Source: Octopus vulgaris (lineage: Eukaryota). From it: a DNA stretch of 64,000 bases. The notes below the pieces were generated by a model that made no database searches, had not been told where the DNA came from, and worked only from the letters and a program-made list of their open reading frames with translations. The stretch spans positions 33,294,001 through 33,358,000 of the forward strand of contig OX597817.1 in NCBI GenBank assembly GCA_951406725.2, written 5' to 3'. Each line of letters starts with the position of its first letter. The stretch's first letter is position 1. Made by a program: the position numbers and the translations under genes. This document shows, piece after piece, positions 1 through 10,664 of this stretch.

Positions 1-765
1 ATGATATTCATCTGAACATCTTGTTTCAGAAAGAGCTGCAATATCAACATCAAGACTCCTTAGCTCCTTAGTTATTAGAGCTGTTCTTCTTTCAGACCTA
101 TTTGTTCAATGTAAAAGGGTTCTCACATTCCAACAGGCCAGGTTAAGAGAAACCTTATTCTTTGCAAACTTGTTATCATTGTTTGTATAAATTCTTTGTT
201 CATTCCTGCTAAACTGAACCACCGTTAGCCGCAGTAAACTAACCAGCAGAGAGAGAGAACAAACAAGTTTTAGTGCACCTTTTCTAGCACCTTCCCATTA
301 TATCCAGGTGAGCAGTGATTTCCTTAAAAGGGCTGCTTAGACACAAGATTCTCCACCGAAAACAGTTCCTGTCCATGAAAACATGTTAGCGATGTTAAGA
401 ACCCTGCCGCCTTATGTGCAGGTTTGTAAATGTATGCTTCCAATCGGTCAAGTCTGCATACGTCATCACGTCTCTATCGCCATAGGACTTTTGAAAATTG
501 ATGATTGTACGATGATGGTGTTTTGTGACAAACGCTTGCACAACACTTTTGCCAAAATAGTAGATTCCAGTGACAAGCAAAGCAAGATGATGAGTACTAA
601 GTTGACTGCAGGTTTTATATTGGAGTACCTTCTCCTAGGCTTTTTTCCTCAAAAGGATACTGCAAGCTAGCAGTGGTAAGACAATTTGAATTCAGAGCTT
701 TATTCTCCTATACTGGTTGTCCTAATCACGGCTTCGTTTCAAAGCAAGAGCCCAGTCTGCTCCCA
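1..765 (-). mobile_element. 5' part of a decayed RTE (BovB-like) LINE: 5' UTR and start of the AP-endonuclease domain
   Basis: Minus-strand translation of 150->1 gives SLNLACWNVRTLLH*TNRSERRTALITKELRSLDVDIAALSETR, the typical RTE APE N-terminus (WNVRTL...DIAALSETR), with one in-frame stop. The element runs off the window edge; the 765 boundary is approximate. Confidence 0.85.
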
Positions 766-867
766 TCGATCATATGATAATATATAATAATATATACATA
801 CATATATGTACATACCTACATGTATATGTATATATACATGCATACATGGGTACAGGACGTCAAAATA

Positions 868-1066
868 TTTGTGTGTCTGTGTTTGTCCCCCCAACATCGC
901 TTGACAACCGATGTTGGCGTGTGTACGTCCCCGTAACTTAGCAGTTCGACGAAAGAGACCGCTAGAATAAGTACTAGGCTTACTAAGAATAAGTCCTGGG
1001 GTCGATTTGTTCGATTAAAGGCGGTGCTCCAGTATGGCCACAATCAAATGACTGAAAGAAGTAAAA
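868..1066 (+). mobile_element. 3' half of tRNA-derived SINE family S1
   Basis: Matches the 3' halves of the full copies at 17330, 30743 and 37518 (tail ...CAAATGACTGAAA.AAGTAAAA). Confidence 0.9.
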
Positions 1067-1542
1067 ATATATATTGTTGGTAATAAAAGATGTTTTCTAG
1101 TAAATCAAAAACACACAAAAAAATCCATAAAATAACTCACTTTACGTTTAATAGCAAAAAAAAAAAAAGAAAAAAGTTTGGACAAGAGCACTCAGAGAGT
1201 GCAAGCCTCCATCAAGGCAATACCAACGTTCTTTCAACGATTAGCTGGAGATGATTTTTAAAATGAGAATATCTGAAATAAACTCACACAAACGAGAATT
1301 CTAAAAATGAACCTGACCGGTCTCAAAAATTAAGTAAAAAACAGGAAAAATAATCCAAAATCCTTGTCCGGCACCGATCGATGTTTAGTGAATTAATGTT
1401 GAGAATTATTGTTTGAAGAAGGTGAAAGTTGTTAATATTATTGGTGAAACGTCTCGCGCGTGCTACTTGCTGCTGTTGTTGCATTTTGCTATTCTTTTTT
1501 TGCCCCCATTTTGGGTGAAAAGAGAAACGTAGTCATTCCGGT

Positions 1543-3184
1543 ATGGAGAGCTACGCAAAGGCTGCTGCTGCGAGAACAGCCGCGTCATTAGAAGCAAAGC
1601 AGATTAATGTCAATATGGAAGAAATTTTGAGGAGTGAACAGTTAATAAGAAAAGAGGGAGATACTATTAAATTGATCCCTCCAACAGAGACTACAAATGA
1701 TAAAGTTTGGAAAACAGTGGTGTACAGAACACAAGCGGTTGCCACCAACAAGATAGAGTGACGGAAGAAGAAATAGAAGAATGTTTGGGCGAGATTGTAA
1801 AGAAGGCAACGTACATTGGCAGAAGAAGAAGATTTGACACGGTGGAGGTGAGGTTTGCCACAAAGGAAGAGGCGGCCTCACATTCCACCGCCATCCTGAG
1901 GACAGTGAAGGTAGCGCTATTGCCCACGTACAGGGGAAGGCGCAGTGTACGAATTAGGATACCAGAGGTACCACCTGATATCAAAACCGAGTGGTTGGTT
2001 GCAGCTGTGCTGGCTGCAACAGAGGACGACCCTGAGCTGGGACCAGTTGGAGAGACGAAAAAGTTAAACTGGTGGGAACTTGGTGTTGAAATGTGGCTTG
2101 TGGCCACATTTGAGGATATAGAACGAATCCCCTACCAGATTAAGGTTGAGGAGGAGAAAACGTTGAATGTGGTGGCGGAGGGACGGAGACCGAACTGTTA
2201 TACATGCGGAGTGAGAGGTCACATGAGGACCGAGTGCTGGTTATTTGAATTCTCGCATATCGAAAATGTGGTGGAGAAGGAGCAAAGGATAGAGCAGACG
2301 GAGGAGAGATTACAAAGAAAGAAAGATAAAATTGAGAAGGAAGTTAAAGAGAAGAAAAAGAGCGAAGTGAAAGAAATAAAGGAGGAGAGTGACGGGATTG
2401 TCAGCCCCAAAAGAAGGAAGAGATCTAAGAAGAACGCAAGAAAGGTAAGGAAAGACGTGAAGCTAAAAATATGCAAGAGAGAGAGAGAGAGAGGAAAAAA
2501 CAAATGATGAACTATGTAAATGTAAGGGTGCTTTGGTAGCGTATGAGAAAAGTGTGGATGCGAAAAGAAAAATTGCGAAAGTGAAGGGACTGGTGAGAGT
2601 GAAGCTGCTAGGAAACAGTTTTGATGCAGATGATAGAGGTGTTATAGGAGGCGCAATGGCCCAGTGGTTAGGGCAGCGGACTCGCGGTCATAGGATCGCG
2701 GTTTCGATTCCCAGACCGGGCGTTGTGAGTGTTTATTGAGCGAAAACACCTAAAGCTCCACGAGGCTCCGGCAGGGGATGGTGGTGATCCCTGCTGTACT
2801 CTTTCACCACAACTTTCCCTCACTCTTACTTCCTGTTTCTGTTGTACCTGTATTTCAAAGGGCCGGCCTTGTCACTCTCTGTGTCACGCTGAATATCCCC
2901 GAGAACTACGTTAAGGGTACACGTGTCTGTGGAGTGCTCAGCCACTTACACGTTAATTTCACGAGCAGGCTGTTCCGTTGATTCGGATCAACCGGAACCC
3001 TCGTCGTCGTAACCGACGGAGTGCTTCCAACAAAAGAGTTGTTATGATACCTGAAGAAAAATACGAGAGATTCAGAGATGGGTTTGTTGGAAATGTAAAA
3101 ATGGTGCAATGGGTTTGGTTGTATAAGATTCCACCCTCTGTAGTCGAATACGACGGGTTGAAAAGAATGGAGTTACAAAAATAG
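1543..3184 (+). pseudogene. Tx1/L1-type ORF1 (gag-like nucleic-acid-binding protein with one CCHC zinc knuckle), disrupted
   Basis: Starts MESYAKAAAA. Frameshift near 1750 into the 1707-2507 frame, which contains CYTCGVRGHMRTEC (CX2CX4HX4C, 2196-2237) and a K/E-rich region. Probable second frameshift near 2500 and a SINE insertion at 2648-3033. Reading resumes MIPEEKYERF...ELQK* at 3184. Confidence 0.75.
2648..3033 (+). mobile_element. tRNA-derived SINE family S3 inserted into the ORF of element A
   Basis: A-box TGGCCCAGTGG and B-box GTTTCGATTCC. The 3' ~200 bp is shared with the SINE at 5402-5973. Imperfect duplication AGAGGTGTTAT / AGAGTTGTTAT at the flanks. Confidence 0.85.
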
Positions 3185-3653
3185 AACTTTTAATTTGAGA
3201 AAAGGAAAAACTGGAAAAAAAATTCTAATGTAATTTTGTGACAAATGAAAAAAAAAAAAAGGACTATTGAAATATATATTCATTTTATGAAAAAAAGAAG
3301 ACTGTCTGAATGTAACCACTCGATTTCGGGGTTCGAGTGGGCATTGCGCCTCATTTTATACTCTTTCATATTATCATTCGTTTCTTTTATTTGTTTCCTC
3401 TTATTTCATCTTCTTTTGTAATTTTAAGTTCTCCGAGTTTGTTTGTCATGTTTTGTATTCGTCCCATTCTTTGTGGAGCCCCTTGTGGGTAATAAAGAAA
3501 TACCTGTCCTGTACTGATCGATCCCAAAGCCGAATCAATGCGTGCCAGTTGATATTTTGTGTTGGTGGTTTTTTGAATAGTTTTTTTGTGTTGCTTTGCA
3601 GCGGTTTGGGTGTTGACTTGTGTTTTGTTTGTGCTTTCTCTTCTCGTAAGAGA

Positions 3654-3891
3654 TGTTATGTAATCACCACCACAAACATGAACAATCAACGTTGCCCATT
3701 GTCTCCCTTGATACAAGGACATTCAGTAAGTTTCCCGCCACAACAAATACCTTGTACAACAACGGTAGTCTAATAAAGTATCTCGTATCGTTAACACGTT
3801 TTTTCAGTCTCTCTCATTTTCTTAATCTTTCATACTAAGTACTCACTACTTCCTTTAATACTCAATACATTATATATATATAACAACAACA
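3654..3891 (+). mobile_element. Solo LTR (238 bp) inside the 5' UTR of element B
   Basis: TGTT...AACA termini, perfect 5-bp TSD AGAGA (3649-3653 / 3892-3896), and an internal AATAAA at ~3772. Confidence 0.7.
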
Positions 3892-3910
3892 AGAGACAGC
3901 TGGTTGAAGA

Positions 3911-4324
3911 ATGTCTGAATACAGTTATAGTTACTCAAACATGTCATTGTCCGAGGAAAAGTTATTGGAGGCAGTTAAGACAATGGACCAGAAACTGATA
4001 AAAGAGAAGAGGAATTTTGTTGATGCAGCAAAGAAACCCCAAAACCCTTCCCCCAAGTCAAAAAAGAGAAGGGAAAAGTGTAGGATTTACATGTTGCTTA
4101 GCGACGAACTGTTAAGGGATTCGGCGGAATGGGACATAAAATGTATTGGAACTGCGGGGTATGATAACGCGGCGGAACATCACTTGTGTGTAATACCAGA
4201 TAAGAAGCAGGAGGAAAAAATACAAGAGTATATGGTTGGATTTTACTTTTGGGAGGTGGACTGTGATAGGTGGTTAGAGGAAACGGGTATCGATGTGTTG
4301 GAAGGTTCAGGATTTAAAATGTAG
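3911..4324 (+). CDS. Open 137-aa ORF of element B, unknown function (possibly a reduced ORF1 derivative)
   Basis: ATG-to-TAG open frame with purine-rich composition like element A. Basic SPKSKKRREK patch. By-eye similarity to the C-terminus of the element A ORF. Expression unknown. Confidence 0.45.
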   Translation: MSEYSYSYSNMSLSEEKLLEAVKTMDQKLIKEKRNFVDAAKKPQNPSPKSKKRREKCRIYMLLSDELLRDSAEWDIKCIGTAGYDNAAEHHLCVIPDKKQEEKIQEYMVGFYFWEVDCDRWLEETGIDVLEGSGFKM

Positions 4325-4565
4325 AAAATGAGGCCACTCGTGTAAGTGGGGCGAGAGGTTCAATTTCCATTTTTCATATTCATGTCTTCATACATTATGA
4401 TAGTCATTTCTACTTTTTTTATATATGTTTTATGTCCCACATGTTTTGTTTTGACACCTCTATGTTAACCCTCATGGGTAATAAAAATACAGATCCCAAA
4501 ATCTAATCAATTCGTGCCAGTCACGAGGCCAAACATCCTTGAAAGTTTCATCCGAATCCATCCAG

Positions 4566-4920
4566 CGTTACGTTCTGAGTTCAAATTCCGCCGAGGTCGA
4601 TTTTGCCTTTCATCCCTTCGGGGTCGATAAATTAAGTACCAGTTACGCACTGGGGTCGATGTAATCGACTTAATCCGTTTGTCTGTCCTCTCTGTGTTTA
4701 GCCCCTTGTTGGTAGTAAAGAAATAGAAATAAAGTGTCTTGCTCAAGGACACAACGCATCGCCGGGAATCGAACTCACGACCTTACAATCTTGTGCCGAA
4801 TGCTCTAACCACTAAAGCACGCGCCCTCACTTCATGTATTAGTCGTTAGGAAATCAACTTCTTCAAATTTGACACTACTTTTGAAGGGTTGCGAAAATTA
4901 AGCATTTACTGGAGCTGCAG
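4566..4920 (-). repeat. Inverted copy (~355 bp) of 5310-5674
   Basis: Reverse complement of 5310-5674, covering unique DNA, the S4 SINE head and most of the nested S2 SINE. One ~10-bp deletion and scattered substitutions. Confidence 0.92.
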
Positions 4921-5401
4921 ATATCTTGTCCACGGACAAACATACAAACACGACTGAAAACAATGCATCCGCCTTAGCGAAGGCGGCGGTAGTAACGAAC
5001 TACATATAGTTGATTTTTTTATTATCCACAAGGGGCCAACAATGAAATACATATAGTATCCACTCTCTCGGGAAATGACGCTTATGTTTTTTTTACTCCA
5101 CGGACTAAAAAAGCCACATGATCAAATCAATATCATATATATATTGTAATAAAGCTGTGAAAGGTTCATTGTTTAAAAATTTAAATACTTCTGAAACGCC
5201 ATCGATAAGATAAATTATGAAATGCGTTAAATGATGCTATTTCAATTACAGTTGCTTATGGTTTGTGTCTTTGTTGCTTAGTGAGTGAATCTCTAACCTT
5301 TCATGTCCCCTGCAGCTCCAGTAAATGTTTAATTTTCGCAACCCTTCATAAGTAATGTCACATTTGAAGAAGTTGATTTCCTAACGATTAATACATGAAG
5401 T

Positions 5402-5973
5402 GAGGGCGCGTGGTTCAGTGGTTAGAGCATTCGGCACAAGACTGTAAGGTCGTGAGTTCGATTCCCGGCGATGCGTTGTGTCCTTGAGCAAGACACTTTA
5501 TTTCTATTTCTTTACTACCAACAAAGGGCTAAACACAGAGAGGACAAACAAGGACAGACAAACGGATTAAGTCGATTACATCGACCCCAGTGCGTAACTG
5601 GTACTTAATTTATCGACCCCGAAAGGATGAACGGCAAAATCGACCTCGGCGGAATTTGAACTCAGAACGTAACGGCAGACGAAATACGGCTACGCATTTC
5701 GCTCGGCCTGCTAACGTTTCTGCCAGCTCGCCGCCTTCAAGACACTTTATTTCACGTTGCTCCAGTCCACTCAGCTGGCAATAATGAGTTGTACCTGTAT
5801 TTCAAAGGGCCGGCCTTGTCACACTCTCTGTCACGCTGAATCTGCCTGTGAACTACGTTAGGGGTACGCGTGTCTGTGGATTGCTCAGTCACTTGCACGT
5901 TATTTTCAGGAGCAGGCTGTTCCGTTGATCGTATCAGCTGGGACCCTCGTCGTCGCAACCGACGGAATGCTCC
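5402..5973 (+). mobile_element. tRNA-derived SINE S4 interrupted by a nested S2 SINE
   Basis: A-box TGGTTCAGTGG and B-box GTTCGATTCC. Split at 5505-5737 with a 16-bp TSD CAAGACACTTTATTTC. Confidence 0.88.
5505..5737 (-). mobile_element. SINE family S2 (core GCCTTTCATCCTTTCGGGGTCGATAAA)
   Basis: Full-length copy with a perfect 16-bp TSD (5489-5504 / 5738-5753). Confidence 0.92.
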
Positions 5974-5996
5974 AATACATACGTACATAATACAAT

Positions 5997-6374
5997 CTTT
6001 TGCTTGTTTCAGCCTTTGAACTGCGGCCATGCTGGGGCACCGCCTTGAACGGTTTTAATCGAACAAATCGACCCGAGTACCAGTTTTTAATTTGGTAGTT
6101 ATTCTACCGGTCTCTTTTGCCGAACCCTTGATTTATGGGGACGTAAACATACCAGCACCGGTTGTCAAGTGTTAATAGGACAGACATAGACGCAAAAACG
6201 CGCGTGCGCGTACGAGCTTCTACACAGTTTCCATGAACCAAATTTACTTTGTAAAGCATTGATCAACCCGACACTATACTAGAAGACAATTGCACAAGGT
6301 ACCGCGCGGTGGGACTGAACCCCAAATCACGTAGTGGCAAAATATGCTCTTAACCATACAGCCATGACTGCACC
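5997..6374 (-). mobile_element. SINE S1, diverged copy
   Basis: Reverse-complement match to S1 head and tail. Confidence 0.85.
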
Positions 6375-6743
6375 TATAAGCCATACCTAATGGAATCAGA
6401 CTACTCAGAATCACATACAGTGCTGAATCATATGCAGAACAAATTGAATTAAAAGCATTAACTTTTTACTCGGTGCATAAAATGCAAATGCAAATGAAAA
6501 ATTTAAAGCTGTGAACAGCGAAATCAGTCACAATTGTGAATATAGAATTCAGTAAATTCTTTGTTTCTGTTTCTCATTCATGGCTTTATCAATGATTATC
6601 ATAAGAGATAACAATTTGCAGATGTGTCTGACAAGAGCTGAATCCAAAATTATGCAAGCGTGTCATTATAAGTGAAAGAAGATTTTGTTCGTAATCTCTT
6701 AAATCAACAGATGCGATTTTAAGTGTGCTTAAAAGAATAAATA

Positions 6744-6777
<34 letters not shown>

Positions 6778-7175
6778 TTCTAAAAGGTGATTTTAATAGA
6801 GTATAAATTTTCCGACTTTTTCACATTTTCTGAAATGCCGTCTTTTACCCTAAAGTTTGCGCGAATCTTAGACCCGAGCTTTTGGTTTAGACCATACAAA
6901 ATCTAAAGAATAAGCGAATATACGGTGAAAGAAAAATAACGTTAATTGGTGACATTTCTTTCTCGGCAAATACAAGAGACAAATTCGGCATGTTTCATCC
7001 TTGTTTGTGATCCGCACTAGAAACTTAGTCTTATTGTAACTTAGCGGAGATCCATCGAACAAATTATTCAATAGAGCAGCGATTTTCAACCGTTTTCGAT
7101 CCACGCCAACTGAATGAAGAATTAAAAGTGTTGCGGCACACCAACAACTTTCTAAAAGTTCTGTTGCATAAAAAT

Positions 7176-7385
7176 CCTTTCTAATTTTGGCACAAGGCCA
7201 GCATTTTTGAGGGGAGGGAAGTTGAATATATCTATCCCAGTGCTCAACTGGTACTTATTTTATAGACACCGAAAGGATAAAAGGCAAAGTCGACCTCGGC
7301 AGTATTTGAACTCAGAATGTAAAGAGCCAGACGAAATGCCGCTAAGCATTTTGTCCGGCGCGGTACCGATTCTGTCAGCTCGTCC
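7176..7385 (-). mobile_element. SINE with S2 head/core and an alternative tail (..GGCCTTGTGCCAAAATTAGAAA)
   Basis: Shares the S2 head and core. Similar older copies at ~15890-16085, ~16400-16530 and ~62915-63145. Confidence 0.8.
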
Positions 7386-8278
7386 CCATTCTTGCATAAA
7401 AATCGAATATTGACATTGTTTTAAAATATAGACACATGCCGCAAAGAATACATATGAGCTGGTGCACTGAATTTTAGGGCACTGAAATTTTCTAAATATT
7501 TCGACATTCTATGACCCTTTTGAAAAAAAAAATCGCGGCATACCCGTGAACCATACACAGTACACATGTATACTGCCACACAGATGTTAATATTGAGAAT
7601 AGTTCAAATATCAAATAATTCTGAGACATCAGCAGTACAAATAATAGTTCGGAAAGTGAACGCATTTTGTGCTTGTAACTTTTAGAAAGACAGAGTCAAA
7701 TAGAAAGAGAAAAATTAGTATTAATTGGGGATGTTATTATTTGTAAGAGAGATAGTCTAGTGGTTATAATATGAAAGACATCATTGACACCGATTTCTCG
7801 TTAGTATTAAAATAAATTGTTTGTGGGTGTTATATTACGACTCAGCATTACCTATGTCACATTCCATTACTGATGTAAATGTTGAACTGATGTCGCTTGT
7901 GAAACGAGAGGGCATGTGACGTGCAAATGCATTGTGTTGAGTCAAAAGTTTTGCAATATTTTGGTAAGTTATTTGTTTTATACGCCAAGTTACGACAAAA
8001 GCAGCCTAGCATTCAAAGTAGAAGCCATCGTGCTGCACCGCCGAAACCACCTTTCTGCCAGTTCTTTGCTTCCACGCTGAAACCAGTTCTTGTCATTCTA
8101 TGCGAAGAACTTCTTCACTGAAGCTTTCACCTCCACTTGGTTGAAGAAGTGTCACGGGCATAGGAAATGAACCGTGGACCAGACCAAATAAGGGAGGTGA
8201 AAGCTTCCGAGAAGAAAAGGAAGAAGGAGGAGAAAAAATTGCCAACATTCCACGTATTGTTACGTCTTAGAATGACCT

Positions 8279-8486
8279 GGTGTGCTGAAAAGTTCCTAGC
8301 TTTAAGGGCATCGCGAAGGACCTGGTTGGAGGCACAACCTTCTGAGTTCTTTTACAGGGCTTAGAAAAATTGAAGGACTGCTGCAATAGGTGTCTGAATT
8401 TGAGAGGGGAATATGTTGAATAAAATCATAACTGATCCTCCTCCTGTATTTTCCTTTACCCAGAGCCAGGAACTTTTCTGTCCCAC
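8279..8486 (+). mobile_element. Internally deleted mariner element (MITE-sized)
   Basis: Degenerate TIRs GTGCTGAAAAGTTCCTAGCT / AGCCAGGAACTTTTCTGTCC. Retains the transposase C-terminus WLEAQPSEFF..GLEKLKD.CN.C.NLRGEYVE*. Confidence 0.85.
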
Positions 8487-9069
8487 AACCTGTATATGAG
8501 AATTGAATATTTATTTTTGGTAAATTTAAATCTATTATATTTACTACATTTAAATTCTGTCTTATCGCAAATCTGTATTTATAACCACATACTATATAAT
8601 TTCTGTTGTATTCGTTGCATTATTCTACCAATATGATCTGAAGAGGTATATTTTCTGACGATCCGTAGAAAATAAAATGAAAGATTTTATATTATCTGTT
8701 GCTGTTGTAATCTATATGAACATCTTTTTAATTTCCTACATGCTACATTGTTTAATGAGTTATTTGTGTTAATTCTTGTTCTTAGGCAGTATGGTGCGTT
8801 TGACAGAAATTGGCTGCTATCTCTAACAGGCGAACGATAGCGAAGATACTCTCTCATTGGCTCGTTAAATCCATTTGTCAAGTTGCGAAATTAGGCCTCA
8901 TGGTTAGTTATACACACCTTTTTTTTTTATACATTTTAATAAGTACCTTTACGTTGTTATTGTTTGACACATTGGGAAGGAATCTGTCTTTCTTTTTCCC
9001 TCTGTGTGTGTGTCTCTCTCTATTTCTCCCATTGTCTGTCTGTCCCTCCCTCCGTAATAACAATAAGTA

Positions 9070-10170
9070 CAGCACCTGCTAAGTCAAATTCACTGACTCT
9101 TACTTTTCTCTGTCACCTACCAGTGGTCCTTTGAAGAATCTGGTGTGTGTAATGGTGTCATCTTTGACTCAGCAAAGCTTTCGACTGTATTTGACATGTA
9201 TATCTCCGATCGAAACCTTCTGCCCTTGGGCTCCATCCACCTCTTAACTCTTACATCAGTAACTTTCAGTTAGATCCTTCAACTGCCGTTTGTTCTGACA
9301 GAACTCTTTCTGTCCTACATTCTATTAAGTTTTACCTTCTACCCTTTTCTGTCTGAACATCAATGACTTACTTGCTACCACACCAACAACACTTACTCTT
9401 ACGAAGATGACACTATCCTTCATTTCTCCCTAACAGGCATTATCTTCTCGAATTCCCGACAACACGGACTTAATACCCACTGACTCCAAGAACAGAGACT
9501 TCGGAAGCATTCTCTGTTGGAGATATGCAAATTTTGTCTCTTCTAAGAGCACAAAAATACAAACGATAGTCATAATTTTAATCATTGGCGGCATTCAACA
9601 AGTGCCCTCAGAATGGCTCCAATCATTGGATATCTCCTGGCGGATGTACATTCGTAGCATAACTAACACTGCAACCCAATGACTGTCCCTTCTCTTTGGG
9701 GTCTGAAAATATTCCATCCTCCAATAATTATTGATACTTTACAAAGTTCATACAAGGCTCACACTGGAGTATTGCTCTCACTTCTGGGACGAGGTTTGCC
9801 TCTACATGCATAGATATCATGAACAGCATCCAGAGAAGGACTACTTGATTGATTGGTATAAATTTACTGCCGGACAAGCTCCAGCCTCTAACCCACAGGT
9901 ACGCTCACCATTTTCTGCAGCTACTAAAACGACTTTTGCACATTGGAGTTGGTTCGATTCGTACTACTTCAATTCAGTCATTCTCGACCGACTCGTCCTC
10001 TCCTCCTCCCCATCAACCTTGTTGTGTCCAATCCACCTAGGTCCCCTATTCACTTCTTCCAGCTGTTCCTTCTCAGAACGCCAGTCCTCTGTAATTTCCT
10101 CCCTACTCATATATATATCCAGACGGTGTCCGCTTATAATGGTTTGATACGAACATTAACATCAATCTCA
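9070..10170 (+). mobile_element. Decayed CR1/L2/Jockey-group LINE, RT and C-terminal part
   Basis: Degenerate motifs SKAFD (~9170), INDLL...SY(E)DDT (~9360-9415) and LILYK.H.R.TLEYCSHFW (9731-9790), with many frameshifts. Confidence 0.75.
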
Positions 10171-10664
10171 CGCGTATAGGAAGGTCTGCAAAGACTATGG
10201 GCACTGCCCCTTTCTCCAGACCAGCAACCAAAAGAAAAATATATATATACTTAAAGATTAACGGATTTATCCACGATGTATTGGTACTCTTGTTAATACA
10301 AACGGTTTGCGAATTCACTGTTAGTTTAGCATCGATTTAATGGAGACCTATCTTTAGGTAGAGAAAGAGGCTCGTTGAAACACAAAGTTTATTTGTTGTC
10401 AACAACATAAAATTAAGCCAGACTCAAGCTAGTCACGAAAGGAAAAGCTAATTGAGGTTCAAGTGTGGAACAGAGACTCCGGATTCGCATTTCTGATCCA
10501 GTGACCTTTAAGCTACGATTCTGAATTCGTAACATATCGCCTGAATACTTATAATTAACCTGCTTTCTGTGCCTTAGAACATATAATTGGTGTTCCAATA
10601 AAGCTGTCTTGTTTCATTCATTATTTTGTATTTGAGAACTGTAGACCAGGGATCGCTAAACTGG

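Larger units (their letters stand above)
1383..3502 (+). mobile_element. Element A: ORF1-only (HAL1-like) non-LTR retroposon
   Basis: Flanked by a 20-bp target duplication (1363-1382 CTTGTCCGGCACCGATCGAT / 3503-3522 CCTGTCCTGTACTGATCGAT, 16/20). Has a 5' UTR, one gag-like ORF, and a 3' UTR ending AGCCCCTTGTGGGTAATAAAGAAATA. No RT or endonuclease sequence seen. Confidence 0.75.
3550..4490 (+). mobile_element. Element B: short ORF-bearing non-autonomous retroposon
   Basis: Flanked by a 30-bp duplication (3520-3549 / 4492-4521, 26/30 identical). Ends CTCTATGTTAACCCTCATGGGTAATAAAAATA, the same tail type as element A and SINE S2. Confidence 0.7.
1182..4992 (-). mobile_element. Non-autonomous Helentron/DINE-1-like element, fragmented by nested insertions (own segments ~1182-1382, 3503-3549, 4492-4565, 4921-4992)
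   Basis: One end has a palindromic subterminal repeat CCGCCTT-AGCG-AAGGCGG (4969-4987) next to a (CAAA/CATA)n tract. The other end has a degenerate matching CCTCC.. subterminal repeat plus the stem-loop GCACTC-AGA-GAGTGC (1188-1202). The segments join into one continuous sequence once the insertions and their duplications are removed. Confidence 0.7.

Noticed and set aside
1691-2503. Minus-strand ORFs of 138 aa and 94 aa
   Set aside because: Antisense shadows of the element A ORF.
8650-8690. CTGACGA...GAAA hammerhead-like core
   Set aside because: No stem II, no stem III/UH and no stem I pairing.
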